From Candidatus Bathyarchaeota archaeon (GTDB lineage Archaea; Thermoproteota; Bathyarchaeia; Bathyarchaeales; Bathycorpusculaceae): 64,000 bases of DNA. Where the stretch lies: the NCBI GenBank assembly GCA_963767735.1, contig CAVYES010000006.1, forward strand, positions 128,001-192,000, in the 5' to 3' direction. Shown here piece by piece: positions 17,597-27,206 of this stretch. Positions within the stretch are counted from its first letter, which is position 1. Each line of letters starts with the position of its first letter. Position numbers and translations under genes: made by a program. The notes beneath the pieces were generated by a model. That model worked only from the letters and a program-made list of their open reading frames with translations. It made no database searches and was not told where the DNA came from.

Positions 17597-18982
17597 TTAT
17601 GCTGGTCTGAGGTTGCCGAAAGCGTTCTGAACCACTTCTGACATTGCTGGATGAATGTGCATGCCTTGAGCGATAGGTGCAAAAGTTCCATCTTCAGACA
17701 CCATGGCGTTGACGATTTCTTGAATAAGAATTGAAGCTTCCGGACCAATTATGTGCGCTCCAAGAATTTTGCCCGTTTCTACCTGTGCAATCACTTTTAC
17801 GAAACCCTCAGGAAACCCCATAGCTGCACCCATAGCTGTTTCACTGTAAGGGGCCATTCCTACTAGAATGCTGTGATATTGCTCTTTTGCTTGTTTTTCT
17901 GTTAAGCCGACGCTGGCAACTTGGGGGTGACTGAATATGGCGTGCGGTGCCGCTGCGAAATCCATTTTTGCTTTGTGTTCATGAACGGCGTTGTGCCAAA
18001 CGACACCTGCCTCGTAGTTGGCGACGTGCTTGAACATTTGAACGCCGATGGCGTCGCCGAAAGCCCAGATGTTTTTTTTGCTGGTTTCAAGGTACCCGTT
18101 TACTTTAATGAAGTTATGTTCGTCTAGCTCTATTCCTGTTTTTTCAGGCTTTAAAATGTCAGCGTTGGATACTCTGCCTGTGGCTACTAATACTGCTTCA
18201 GCCGAGAACTCGTGGAGGCTGCCGTCTTGTCGGTTTCGGGCGAAGAGCGTTTTAGTTGTGCCTTCTTGTTTTGCTTCGGTGACCTCATAGCCTGTATATA
18301 TTTCCATTCGTTGCTGCATTTGCTTCTTTAACAGTTCAGAGATTTCTGGTTCCTCCTCAGGCACTACTCGGTCGGGTCTTTGAAGTATGGTGGTTTTTGT
18401 GCCGATGCTCGAGAAGAAGTGTCCGTACTCCATGCCAATGTAGCCTCCGCCAACAATAAGTACGCTTTTGGGCGGCGTTTTAAGCTCCAAGACGGTATCG
18501 CTTGTCAAATACTCTATTTTGTCTATGCCTTTAACTGGCGGTATTCCTGGTCGAGCACCTGAAACTATAAAAATATTTGTTGCCGTAATCGTGTGTGCGC
18601 CAACCTGCATGGTGTAATCTGAAATGAACTCTCCTTTCTCCTTAAACCACGTAAGATTAGGCGTTGCTTCAACAGCTTGTGCCTGGTGCCCTGAGTCATG
18701 GTTAACTAGTGCATGCATCCTATTCATGATATTGCTGAAATCAACCGAATCCAAGGTTGCGTGGACACCTATTTTCCCTGACTCTTTCATGGCGGCGATA
18801 ACATCGATTGGGTAAATCAGCATTTTTGATGGAACACAACCCACGTTTATGCATGTGCCGCCCATTTTCCCATTTTCAACCAGCGCTGTCCTGAAACCCT
18901 GATCAATTGCCGTTGAAGCAACAAGCATACCAGAGCCTGAACCAATAACGATTACATCGAATCGCTCCATAACAAGCCTCAC
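17597..18982 (-). CDS. pyridine nucleotide-disulfide oxidoreductase (LPD/mycothione-reductase-like)
   Basis: GSGSG FAD loop, GGTCINVGCVPSK, GGGYIG, HIHPAMSE. Confidence 0.88.
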   Translation of the reverse strand: MRLVMERFDVIVIGSGSGMLVASTAIDQGFRTALVENGKMGGTCINVGCVPSKMLIYPIDVIAAMKESGKIGVHATLDSVDFSNIMNRMHALVNHDSGHQAQAVEATPNLTWFKEKGEFISDYTMQVGAHTITATNIFIVSGARPGIPPVKGIDKIEYLTSDTVLELKTPPKSVLIVGGGYIGMEYGHFFSSIGTKTTILQRPDRVVPEEEPEISELLKKQMQQRMEIYTGYEVTEAKQEGTTKTLFARNRQDGSLHEFSAEAVLVATGRVSNADILKPEKTGIELDEHNFIKVNGYLETSKKNIWAFGDAIGVQMFKHVANYEAGVVWHNAVHEHKAKMDFAAAPHAIFSHPQVASVGLTEKQAKEQYHSILVGMAPYSETAMGAAMGFPEGFVKVIAQVETGKILGAHIIGPEASILIQEIVNAMVSEDGTFAPIAQGMHIHPAMSEVVQNAFGNLRPA

Positions 18983-19085
18983 ATTGTAAATGGAAACGTT
19001 AAATGACAGATAAACTTTTCAGCGCTTTGTCTATAACTGGAAAATCTTTTATGCAAGTGAGAGTTAACTTTTAATTGGGATTTTG

Positions 19086-19184
19086 ATGGCAAAACCGATT
19101 AAACCGACAAAAGCGGAAGAAGAAAAGAAAAAGAAAGCCTACTACGCTAAAAAAGAGAAAAAAGCAAAAGAAGTTAAAAAATAG
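19086..19184 (+). CDS. 32-aa Lys-rich micro-protein (not in ORF track)
   Basis: MAKPIKPTKAEEEKKKKAYYAKKEKKAKEVKK; fills the intergenic gap and converges on the next gene. Confidence 0.45.
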   Translation: MAKPIKPTKAEEEKKKKAYYAKKEKKAKEVKK

Positions 19185-19962
19185 CTTCTATGCCTAGAAA
19201 CTTTGGGATGCACCGTTTGTCGTGGACAGCGTCGAAGCTTCCCAATTCATCTTTTTTTAGTGGCAACACGATTCTTGACACTAAACCGTTTAAGCTGTAG
19301 GGTAGCCGAATTAAACGCATTTCACCCGCAGTTACCCACTCGTCAATGTGAAAGCCAGCGCTTTTTACTTGTCCCGCAAAGACCTGCCTTCCTTGATTAC
19401 TCAACAGATAAGCTTCTTTGTCTAAAACGTGCAGATGGAAACCTCGTCCTGAATAGACAGCTCTGACTTCAGAGAAACGGTTTGCAAGAAACTCGTAAAG
19501 ACCAATCGCTTCTTTCCTAACCATTTCCAATTCTAATTCGCAGAAGCTCAACCCTTGCTGCCGCTTCATTTTATCCGCCAAGGTGCCGTGGATGGGGCAA
19601 GTTATGTTTTCTGGGTCCAGATCGAAAGCAAGTTCCTGCCCCACTTTGAGGTCGTTTGCGTCGTAGACGTTTCGGTCATAATATACTGCTTCAGGCAAAA
19701 ACTCAATTATTTGGTCTTTCAGGTCTTCCAAGTTTTTGTAATCGTCGATTATTATGGTGGTTGCCGCGTCTTCTTTGTATTTTTCGGGGTAAATTTTTGT
19801 ATGCCTGCCAATGATTACTGCAAACTTTACTTTTCTGCTTTGACTGCTGAACCATTGGGCGGCTCTTTGCAGGTTAAATTCAGAGCTGTAGAATTGTTTT
19901 CTTTCTTCAAGAGTGGAGTATCTCATGCCTTGTGGCATATAATATTGGTTCATCAGTATCAC
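19174..19962 (-). CDS. archaeo-eukaryotic primase (AEP) family protein, PriS-like paralog
   Basis: QELAFDLD (motif I), YSGRGFHLH (motif II), IDEWV and RLIRLPYSLNG. Confidence 0.8.
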   Translation of the reverse strand: MILMNQYYMPQGMRYSTLEERKQFYSSEFNLQRAAQWFSSQSRKVKFAVIIGRHTKIYPEKYKEDAATTIIIDDYKNLEDLKDQIIEFLPEAVYYDRNVYDANDLKVGQELAFDLDPENITCPIHGTLADKMKRQQGLSFCELELEMVRKEAIGLYEFLANRFSEVRAVYSGRGFHLHVLDKEAYLLSNQGRQVFAGQVKSAGFHIDEWVTAGEMRLIRLPYSLNGLVSRIVLPLKKDELGSFDAVHDKRCIPKFLGIEAIF

Positions 19963-20060
19963 TTTAAAAATGGTTGATTATCCCCAAATGTTTTGCGGAA
20001 GAATCCGTTGGCAGAAAGCCTAATATTGTAGGTTTTCTGAATTTATTATGGTGAATTTTT

Positions 20061-20378
20061 ATGCCAATAGACCCTGATTTTCAAACAAAACGACAAGTTG
20101 TCGGCGAACATAACGGACATAAAGTTTGGGGACCAGTCGAAGCCCCGACGAAACTGGGTATTCATGGAACATCCAGCGCTGTAGACTGGGATTCCTGTGT
20201 CGGAGACGGTGTATGCATCGACGTCTGCCCCGTATCACTGTATGATTGGGCTGAATCTCCCGGACACCCACTTTCTGAGAGGAAATCTGACCCAGCCCGA
20301 GAAAAAGACTGCATACAATGCCTAGCCTGCGAAATGCAATGCCCCGCGGCAGCAATAAAAATAACTCCGCCACCATAA
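20061..20378 (+). CDS. zfx: zinc-containing dicluster ferredoxin (Zfx-type)
   Basis: N-terminal extension GEHNGHKVWGP...GIHG; CVGDGVC..CP and CIQCLAC..CP; KSDP. Confidence 0.88.
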   Translation: MPIDPDFQTKRQVVGEHNGHKVWGPVEAPTKLGIHGTSSAVDWDSCVGDGVCIDVCPVSLYDWAESPGHPLSERKSDPAREKDCIQCLACEMQCPAAAIKITPPP

Positions 20379-20576
20379 AAAACAAACGTTAGTTTCAATA
20401 GCCTTTTTAATCTTTTTACACCTTTTTTAACTTAATTTAACCTTTTCTAGCCTCAACCTAAAACCAAATCAAGCATTAACAACAAAAGAAACTTGAAAAA
20501 CGTTTTTGCAGAAACAAAGGATTAGGTTAATTTTAACTTCTTTTCACAAAAAAAGAAAAAGAGTAAGCCTGAGAGC

Positions 20577-21200
20577 TTACTTGAACAAGCTGAGCTTTTT
20601 GTTGACGTTGTCCCAGTTGACGATGTTCCAGAAGGCTTCAACGAATTTTGGTCGCTCGTTTTTGTAGTCCAGGTAGTATGCGTGTTCCCAAACGTCGAGA
20701 ACCATTAGGATGTTGAATGTTGGGTAAACGTTCACGTTGTGTTTTTCGATTTGCATTATCAGCGGTCTTCCGATGCATGGATGTACGGCTAGCGCAGCCC
20801 ATCCTGAACCTTCAACACTTGTAGCAGCCATCGTGAATTCCTTTTTGAACCGCTCGAAACTTCCAAAGCCCATATCAATCATGTCGGCTACGGCTCCACT
20901 CGGTTTTCCTCCTCCTTTGCCCGCTGGCGCCATGTTTTCCCAGAAAGCTGTGTGCAGGAGGTGTCCTCCGATGTTGAAGGATAACTCTTTAAGAAGGGCT
21001 TTCTGGTCGAGGTCTGCATTTTCGTTGCGTGCCTTGTCAATTTTTTCAAAAGCTGCGTTTGCGCCGTTTATGTAGGCTTGATGATGCTTGTCATGATGCA
21101 GTTTTAGCTGCTGCTCCGAAATATATGGTGCCAAAGCATTATAGTCATACGGCAATTTGGGTAGAGTAAACGATTTTACTTTTTCCATAAAATTCACCAA
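20577..21200 (-). CDS. sod: Fe/Mn superoxide dismutase
   Basis: [31 protein letters not shown]. Confidence 0.97.
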   Translation of the reverse strand: MVNFMEKVKSFTLPKLPYDYNALAPYISEQQLKLHHDKHHQAYINGANAAFEKIDKARNENADLDQKALLKELSFNIGGHLLHTAFWENMAPAGKGGGKPSGAVADMIDMGFGSFERFKKEFTMAATSVEGSGWAALAVHPCIGRPLIMQIEKHNVNVYPTFNILMVLDVWEHAYYLDYKNERPKFVEAFWNIVNWDNVNKKLSLFK

Positions 21201-21312
21201 AAATCAAGCAAACCAAAGGAGAAAACAACTAATATACTTTGCCTAGATCAAATAGCGCTGAATCCTCATAAAATAGAAAGCTACGTACTTTAGCGTTAGT
21301 ATAGCTTATAAC

Positions 21313-21849
21313 TTGCTTTTGATTAATTATTTTCTAGTGAATTTTATGACTAAAACTGATGAGAATCTTAAGGCTGCTTTCGCAGGCGAATCCCAAGCTA
21401 ACAGGTTGTATTTGGCTTTCGCTAAGAAGGCAGAGGAAGAAGGCTTCCCTCAAGTTGCTAAACTGTTTAAAGCCGCAGCGCAATCAGAAACAATCCACGC
21501 CCTAAACCACCTGCAGATAACTGGACAGGTAAAATCAACCAAAGAAAACTTAGGCACTGCGATTACTGGAGAAACATACGAGTTCAAAACAATGTACCCC
21601 GAATTCATCGCTGACGCAAAGAAGGAAGGAAATAAACACGCTGAAATTAGCTTTGAGTTCGCCAACAAGGTTGAGCAAATCCATGCGGGCTTATACCAGA
21701 AAGCACTTGATACAATGAAAAACAAAAAGGAACATGCCGCGGTAGACTATTACGTGTGCCCTGTTTGCGGAAACACATTTGAAGGCTCAGCTCCCGACAA
21801 ATGCCCAATCTGCGCAACGCCAAAAGAGAAATTCATGAAAATAACATAA
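21313..21849 (+). CDS. rbr: rubrerythrin (start probably MTKT near 21346)
   Basis: AFAGESQA, ETIHA, GETYE, VEQIH; CPVCG...CPIC. Confidence 0.95.
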   Translation: MLLINYFLVNFMTKTDENLKAAFAGESQANRLYLAFAKKAEEEGFPQVAKLFKAAAQSETIHALNHLQITGQVKSTKENLGTAITGETYEFKTMYPEFIADAKKEGNKHAEISFEFANKVEQIHAGLYQKALDTMKNKKEHAAVDYYVCPVCGNTFEGSAPDKCPICATPKEKFMKIT

Positions 21850-21853
21850 AAAG

Positions 21854-23041
21854 CTAAGGTTTGATTTTTTGGGCTATCTTTTGCCCAAAATCAAAACATT
21901 TTTTCAAATCTTCTTTGTCTGGAACGTATTTCACCTCAACGTTTGACTCGTACACCTCGAAACCTGCTTTTTTCGCCATTTCCGTCATGTCTCTAACTGC
22001 GCCGCCGCCCCAGCCATAGGAGCCAAAGAAACCCCAGATTTTGCCTTTAGGCTTCAAACCAGTTATGTACGTTAAAAATGAGCCTAAACTGGGAAACATC
22101 TGATTGTTCAGTGTTGGCGAACCCACAACCACCATTTTGGCGTCGAGAATCTCTGTCACTACGTCGGTGTTGTCTGTGGCTCGAAGTTTGAGAAGCTTAA
22201 CTTCGATGCCTCCGCTTGTTAAGCCGTCGGCTATGGCTCTTGCCATTTTGTCTGTGCTTCCCCACATGGTATCAAAAACCACAACTGCCTTCTGTTTAGC
22301 GGCGCCGGAGCTCCAGTTCAAGTAGGCATTAATTATCTTTGATGGGTCTTTTCGCCAAATTATGCCGTGGCTTGGTGCAATAATGTCGATGGGAATTCCC
22401 ATTTGGACAATTTCCTGAATCTTTCTTGTTATAAGCGGAGCAAAAGGAATCAAAATATTGGCATAATACGTTTTGGCTTCTTGCATAAGCTCGCATTCAT
22501 CAACCTCATCGTCAAAACGCCCAGAGCCTGCAAAGTGCTGTCCAAAAGCATCATTAGGCATGAGGATTTTGTCTTCAATTATGTAGGTGAACATGCTGTC
22601 GGGCCAATGCAGCATAGGTGCCTCAATAAACCTCAACGTACGCTTGCCCAGCTTCAATTCATCGCCACTTTTAACAGTTTCAACCACATTGAAGTCTGCC
22701 CCATAATGCTCGATTAAGGCGTCTTTTCCCCTCTGCGAAGAAATTATCTTGGCGTTTTTCGCAAGTTTCGCAATTATGGGGAGGCTGCTGGAATGATCCA
22801 TCTCCACGTGGTTAACTATTATGTAATCAATTTTTTCAAGGCTTGTTAACTCCGAAATGTTTTCGATAAGCTCGTTGCTGAACGCATGTTTCACGGTGTC
22901 GATGAGCGCTATTTTTTCATCTGAAATCAAGTATGCGTTGTAGGTGCTTCCTCGACTGGTAATGTAACCGTGAAAGTCTCGTATGTTCCAATCGACAACT
23001 CCAACCCAGTTTACCCCTTCCTTCAAAACAACTTTAACCAT
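21854..23041 (-). CDS. fprA: flavodiiron protein (O2/NO reductase)
   Basis: NHVEMDH, LHWPDSM, DAFGQH, PSHG plus flavodoxin domain. Confidence 0.95.
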   Translation of the reverse strand: MVKVVLKEGVNWVGVVDWNIRDFHGYITSRGSTYNAYLISDEKIALIDTVKHAFSNELIENISELTSLEKIDYIIVNHVEMDHSSSLPIIAKLAKNAKIISSQRGKDALIEHYGADFNVVETVKSGDELKLGKRTLRFIEAPMLHWPDSMFTYIIEDKILMPNDAFGQHFAGSGRFDDEVDECELMQEAKTYYANILIPFAPLITRKIQEIVQMGIPIDIIAPSHGIIWRKDPSKIINAYLNWSSGAAKQKAVVVFDTMWGSTDKMARAIADGLTSGGIEVKLLKLRATDNTDVVTEILDAKMVVVGSPTLNNQMFPSLGSFLTYITGLKPKGKIWGFFGSYGWGGGAVRDMTEMAKKAGFEVYESNVEVKYVPDKEDLKKCFDFGQKIAQKIKP

Positions 23042-23047
23042 GATATC

Positions 23048-23467
23048 TTACTCCTTTGTCACTTTAACATTATAGCTTATTTTTACGCCTGCCTTCTCAA
23101 AAAGTATTCCCACGGGGCAATTTTCAAGAGTCAACTTATGCATCCTCTCAACTCTATCCTGCGGTGCATTGGTTTTGATCTGGATATCAAAAGTTTCCTC
23201 AGCTATAGTTCCTGTTTCATCCGATTTCAATGCTTCGACCTTAACTTTTAACCCTTTTAGTTCCAAATGCATTTTCTTGGCTGTCAAAAGGCAAATTGTC
23301 GCATAACAACCGGCGTGGCTCATCAAGCAAAGTTCAAGGGATGAAGATCCAAGTCCTGTTCCCAGGTCAGGTGCAAGGTCCACTATGTAACTGTGGGCTT
23401 CATTATCGTCGAGGGCTATTTGGAAGCCTTCTATTAACTTGGCGTTTGCATAGATTTTTGTTGTCAA
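23048..23467 (-). CDS. OsmC/Ohr-family protein
   Basis: SSLELCLMSHAGC...NCPVG. Confidence 0.85.
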   Translation of the reverse strand: MTTKIYANAKLIEGFQIALDDNEAHSYIVDLAPDLGTGLGSSSLELCLMSHAGCYATICLLTAKKMHLELKGLKVKVEALKSDETGTIAEETFDIQIKTNAPQDRVERMHKLTLENCPVGILFEKAGVKISYNVKVTKE

Positions 23468-23758
23468 AGTTTCTCCGCTCCAATTTGAGGGCAGTAAAAA
23501 TCAAGTTTTGATTGTTGTTAGCGTTTATATGGATTGTGTTTTGTGGGACCTTTCAATGTGATTTAGTGTGATCGAGGCGGGGTATGGTCCCAATTTTGTT
23601 GTTGAATTCTTATATCTAAATTGATGGGAGAGTTCGATGCCCGACTAGTAAGACGAAACGTCTCGTTTTAAGCCTACGTCTTTGTGCTCTTCTTTAAGTA
23701 AAATAAAAAATCAATATATGCCTCAATCATCTTACTTTATATTTGCCACGACCAAAAA

Positions 23759-24430
23759 TTGGCAAGCTATTGGAGCGTAGGTTTTATGAGTTTAATTCCT
23801 GATGATAAGAAAGAATTGCTTAAAAACGATTTTAATGAGAAACTGGTTGACCCAGTTAAAATTGTCATGTTTACCCAAGAGATGGAGTGCCGATACTGCT
23901 CTGACACGAGAAACCTTGTGCAAGATTTAGCCACACTCAACGACAAGATAACAACTGAGATCCATGATTTTGTCGCTGACGCCGCAAAAGCCAAAGAATA
24001 CGGCATCGATAAAATTCCGGCCATAGCTATAATAGGCAAAAAAGATTATGGCGTCAGAATTTACGGGATACCCTACGGGTATGAACTTCAAACTTTAATT
24101 GAAGCAATCATTAACGTTTCAAAAGGTCAAACGGACCTTTCAGACAACACTAAGTCTATTCTAAAAGAAGTGAAATCTCCCGTTCACATACAAGTCTTCG
24201 TTACTCTAACATGTCCTCATTGTCCCGCTGCTGCTGCCGTCGCACATAAACTGGCTATCGAAAGCGACTTGGTGAAAGCAGATGTGATAGAAACCAGTGA
24301 GTTCCCCGACTTAGCCATCAAGTACAATGTGATTGGCGTACCAAAAATTGTTATTAATGAGAAAATAGAGTTTGTTGGAGCTTTCAATGAGGATCTGTTT
24401 GCGGAACATGTATTGTTAGGCGCCTTCTAG
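23759..24430 (+). CDS. pdo: protein disulfide oxidoreductase (two-thioredoxin-fold PDO)
   Basis: CRYC and CPHC sites; GIPYGYE; VIGVPK. Confidence 0.9.
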   Translation: MASYWSVGFMSLIPDDKKELLKNDFNEKLVDPVKIVMFTQEMECRYCSDTRNLVQDLATLNDKITTEIHDFVADAAKAKEYGIDKIPAIAIIGKKDYGVRIYGIPYGYELQTLIEAIINVSKGQTDLSDNTKSILKEVKSPVHIQVFVTLTCPHCPAAAAVAHKLAIESDLVKADVIETSEFPDLAIKYNVIGVPKIVINEKIEFVGAFNEDLFAEHVLLGAF

Positions 24431-24507
24431 AAACAGAAGCAGTTAACAGAAAAAGAACTTGACGGGAATCAAAAAGGAAAATGGCCGACAGCAGCCAATA
24501 ATAAAGT

Positions 24508-24708
24508 TTAGTTTCCTCCGCAACCGCAACTATGTGCGCCTGGTTTTCCAGACATGCCAGCGTATTTTGCTGGATCTTTGTCGAAAGTGATTTTACAGGA
24601 AGAGGCGCAGAAATAGAAAGCTTTGCCGTTGTAATCGGATTTGAATTTTGCTTTTTTCTCGTCAACCATCATGCCGCAAACCGGATCTTTCGCCATATTC
24701 ATTTTCAC
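24508..24708 (-). CDS. YHS/TRASH-domain metallochaperone
   Basis: DPVCGM...FYFCASSC...FDKDP; C-terminal HSCGC. Confidence 0.85.
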   Translation of the reverse strand: MKMNMAKDPVCGMMVDEKKAKFKSDYNGKAFYFCASSCKITFDKDPAKYAGMSGKPGAHSCGCGGN

Positions 24709-24721
24709 CTCACGTTAGATT

Positions 24722-26827
24722 TTATTGGTTTACTTTGTTTGATTTAAACTTAGCCAGCTTCAGCAGCGCCGAGTTGCTGACTACGGTTATGCTGCTTATC
24801 GCCATGGCGCCGGCAGCGTACATAGGGTTAAGCAAGCCTGCGGCTGCAATCGGAATCATAACTACGTTATAGCCAAAAGCCCAAAACAGGTTAGTGTCGA
24901 TTTTGCGCATGGTTTTCTTGCTCAGCTCAATGGCTAACGCCACATCGCGCAAGTCATCTCTTATCAGGACAATGCCCCCTGTTTCTTTGGCAATGTCGGT
25001 TCCGCTGCCAATAGCAATACCGATGTCTGCCTGCGCGAGTGCGGGAGCATCGTTGATTCCGTCCCCAACCATAGCTACAACTTTGCCTTTAGCCTGCAAC
25101 TTTTTGATTTCATCCGCTTTTTCCCAAGGCAGAACGTTTGCAATAACCTGACTTATTCCCAATTGTTTGGCTATAGCTTTGGCTGTCGTCTCATTATCTC
25201 CAGTCAGCATTGCAATCTCCAAGTTCATTTCCTTCAAATCCGCGATGGCTTGGGCGGCATTCTCTTTAGGGGTATCCATAGCCGCAATCAACCCAGCAGC
25301 ATCGCCATCGACGGCTAGTATCATGACAGTTTTCCCCTGGCTCTCCAGCAATGCAAGGTCGGTCTCTAACCCGCCTAAAGCTACGTTTTGTTCCTGCATT
25401 AATTTGCGGTTTCCAAACAGAAGCTTTTTGCCTCCGACACTGCATTTGACGCCTCTGCCGGGTATGGCCTCGAAACTGCCGGATTCTGAAATGCTTATCC
25501 CGTCTTTTTCGGCTTTGGCAAGGATTGCTGCCGCTAATGGGTGCTCGGACCCTTTCTCAGCTGAGCCTGCATACTGCAACACGTTCTGTTGAGTGTAGGC
25601 GTTGTAGGTTTTTATGTCGGTTACGCTTGGTTCTCCTTTTGTCAAAGTGCCTGTTTTGTCGAATACGACGGTTGTGAGTTTTCTTGCTTTTTCAACGAAT
25701 TCTCCGCTGCGAAGTAACACGCCGTACTCTGCGCCCTTTCCGACACCTGCAAGAATTGCTGTCGGAGTCGCTATTCCTAAAGCACACGGGCAAGCGATTA
25801 ACAGTACGGCAAGAAGCGCTAAAAATGCCTGTGTGAAACCAGCCGCTATGAACCAATAGATGAATGATAAGGCTGCAGCCGTGAAAATTATTGGAACAAA
25901 ATATTTTATGACGCGGTCGGCGAATTTTTGTGCTGGTGCGCTGGAAGCCTGCGCTTCTTCAACAAGATGCACTATCTGGGATAGGGCTGTTTCGTCGCTG
26001 AGTTTCGTAGCTTTGATTGTTAAGAGCCCTGTTTTGTTGATGGTGGCGCCGATGACTTCGCTTCCGACAGTTTTCTCGACAGGGATGCTTTCGCCCGTGA
26101 GCAGCTTCTCGTCTACTGACGAGTAGCCTGAGATTACTGTGCCGTCTATAGGGATTTTTTCTCCCGGTTTCACCGTGATTGTGTCGCCTACCTGCACTTG
26201 CTCAATAGGGATGTCGGATTCCTTGCCATTTTTAACGACCCTTGCCATGGTTGGTTGAAGTTCGAGCAGTTTTCGTATTGAAGCGGCAGAGCGGCGTCGA
26301 ATTGTTTCTTCGATGTATTTACCCAGCAGAACAAAAGCTAAAATGCCGATGGCGATTTCCAAATAGCTTACACTTGCGCTGATTGCTGATGGAACAAATA
26401 GGCTGATAACTCCATACAACCAGCCTGCTAGGACTCCGACAGAGACTAGCACATCCATGTTAACATTGTGGTTCTTAAGCGACAAGTATGCACCTTTGTA
26501 GATTCGAAAGCCCGCAATCCAAACGACAGGCGTAGACACTGCGAGCACGATAAGGTTGATGACTTGCAACCCGCCAACTACGTCAAAATACATTGCTGCC
26601 GCCAAAAGCCCGAAAAGCGTAATTAAGCGTAAACCTAGGGCGGCTACTACGCCGATTAAGGTGACTGCGACTCGACGCTGCATGGCTTTCAGTTCGCGTT
26701 CGGGTGCGGTGTAGACATCGAGGCATTGTTGGCTGCAGAAGTAGTAGGTTCGGTCGCCTATCTTGGCACTTAGGGCTGTTTCCGTGTCAACATCCATGCC
26801 GCATACTGGATCGCGTATTTTAGTCAT
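24722..26827 (-). CDS. copA: Cu(I)-translocating P1B ATPase with N-terminal YHS domain
   Basis: TGES, CPC, DKTGT, SEHP, GDGIND, YN and MAISS. Confidence 0.93.
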   Translation of the reverse strand: MTKIRDPVCGMDVDTETALSAKIGDRTYYFCSQQCLDVYTAPERELKAMQRRVAVTLIGVVAALGLRLITLFGLLAAAMYFDVVGGLQVINLIVLAVSTPVVWIAGFRIYKGAYLSLKNHNVNMDVLVSVGVLAGWLYGVISLFVPSAISASVSYLEIAIGILAFVLLGKYIEETIRRRSAASIRKLLELQPTMARVVKNGKESDIPIEQVQVGDTITVKPGEKIPIDGTVISGYSSVDEKLLTGESIPVEKTVGSEVIGATINKTGLLTIKATKLSDETALSQIVHLVEEAQASSAPAQKFADRVIKYFVPIIFTAAALSFIYWFIAAGFTQAFLALLAVLLIACPCALGIATPTAILAGVGKGAEYGVLLRSGEFVEKARKLTTVVFDKTGTLTKGEPSVTDIKTYNAYTQQNVLQYAGSAEKGSEHPLAAAILAKAEKDGISISESGSFEAIPGRGVKCSVGGKKLLFGNRKLMQEQNVALGGLETDLALLESQGKTVMILAVDGDAAGLIAAMDTPKENAAQAIADLKEMNLEIAMLTGDNETTAKAIAKQLGISQVIANVLPWEKADEIKKLQAKGKVVAMVGDGINDAPALAQADIGIAIGSGTDIAKETGGIVLIRDDLRDVALAIELSKKTMRKIDTNLFWAFGYNVVMIPIAAAGLLNPMYAAGAMAISSITVVSNSALLKLAKFKSNKVNQ

Positions 26828-26866
26828 GGCTTTCTCTTTGAAATGTTTGGCTGCTTATCCATATAA

Positions 26867-26887
26867 ATGTGTCTAAAAAAGATACAT
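26867..26887. promoter_or_regulatory. imperfect palindrome next to the copA TATA box
   Basis: ATGTGTCT-AAAAA-AGATACAT; minus-strand TTTATAT at ~26861-26867. Confidence 0.45.
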
Positions 26888-27206
26888 ATTTAACCATTGC
26901 ACGAACGAAAACAGTTAACCAAACAAACCTCCACCCAACAAAAACCCCGGCAATACTGCAACAAAAAAAAATTAGCAATCGACCAAAATCAACAATTAGT
27001 AAAATCAGCGGCTTAGAAATAGAGCTGCAAAGTTCTTCCAAATGTTATTTTTATTTCCGCATATGATCTATGCAGGTTTTCCACGGTGGGTGGGGCAGTG
27101 TCGAATCCGGTGCTGGGCAACTTGATGCGTCTTTAACACGCAAAAGGGGGACTAATAATGAAAATCTTTATAGCTGTTCTGGGCTTTTACACATGGCTGA
27201 TAACGC

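Noticed and set aside
23610-23620. Half of an archaeal dif site (TTATATCTAAA)
   Set aside because: No matching second arm; more likely a TATA box
23620-23682. Fluoride riboswitch, hammerhead or tRNA fragment (GATGGG...GTTCGA...GAAAC...CCTAC)
   Set aside because: Core motifs and pairings are incomplete (no CTGATGA, no cloverleaf)
10440-24430. Selenoproteins among the redox genes
   Set aside because: All active-site motifs are complete with Cys codons, and I saw no in-frame TGA at catalytic positions
27075-27150. tRNA-like G-rich stretch (TCGAATCC)
   Set aside because: No acceptor, anticodon or T stems could be formed
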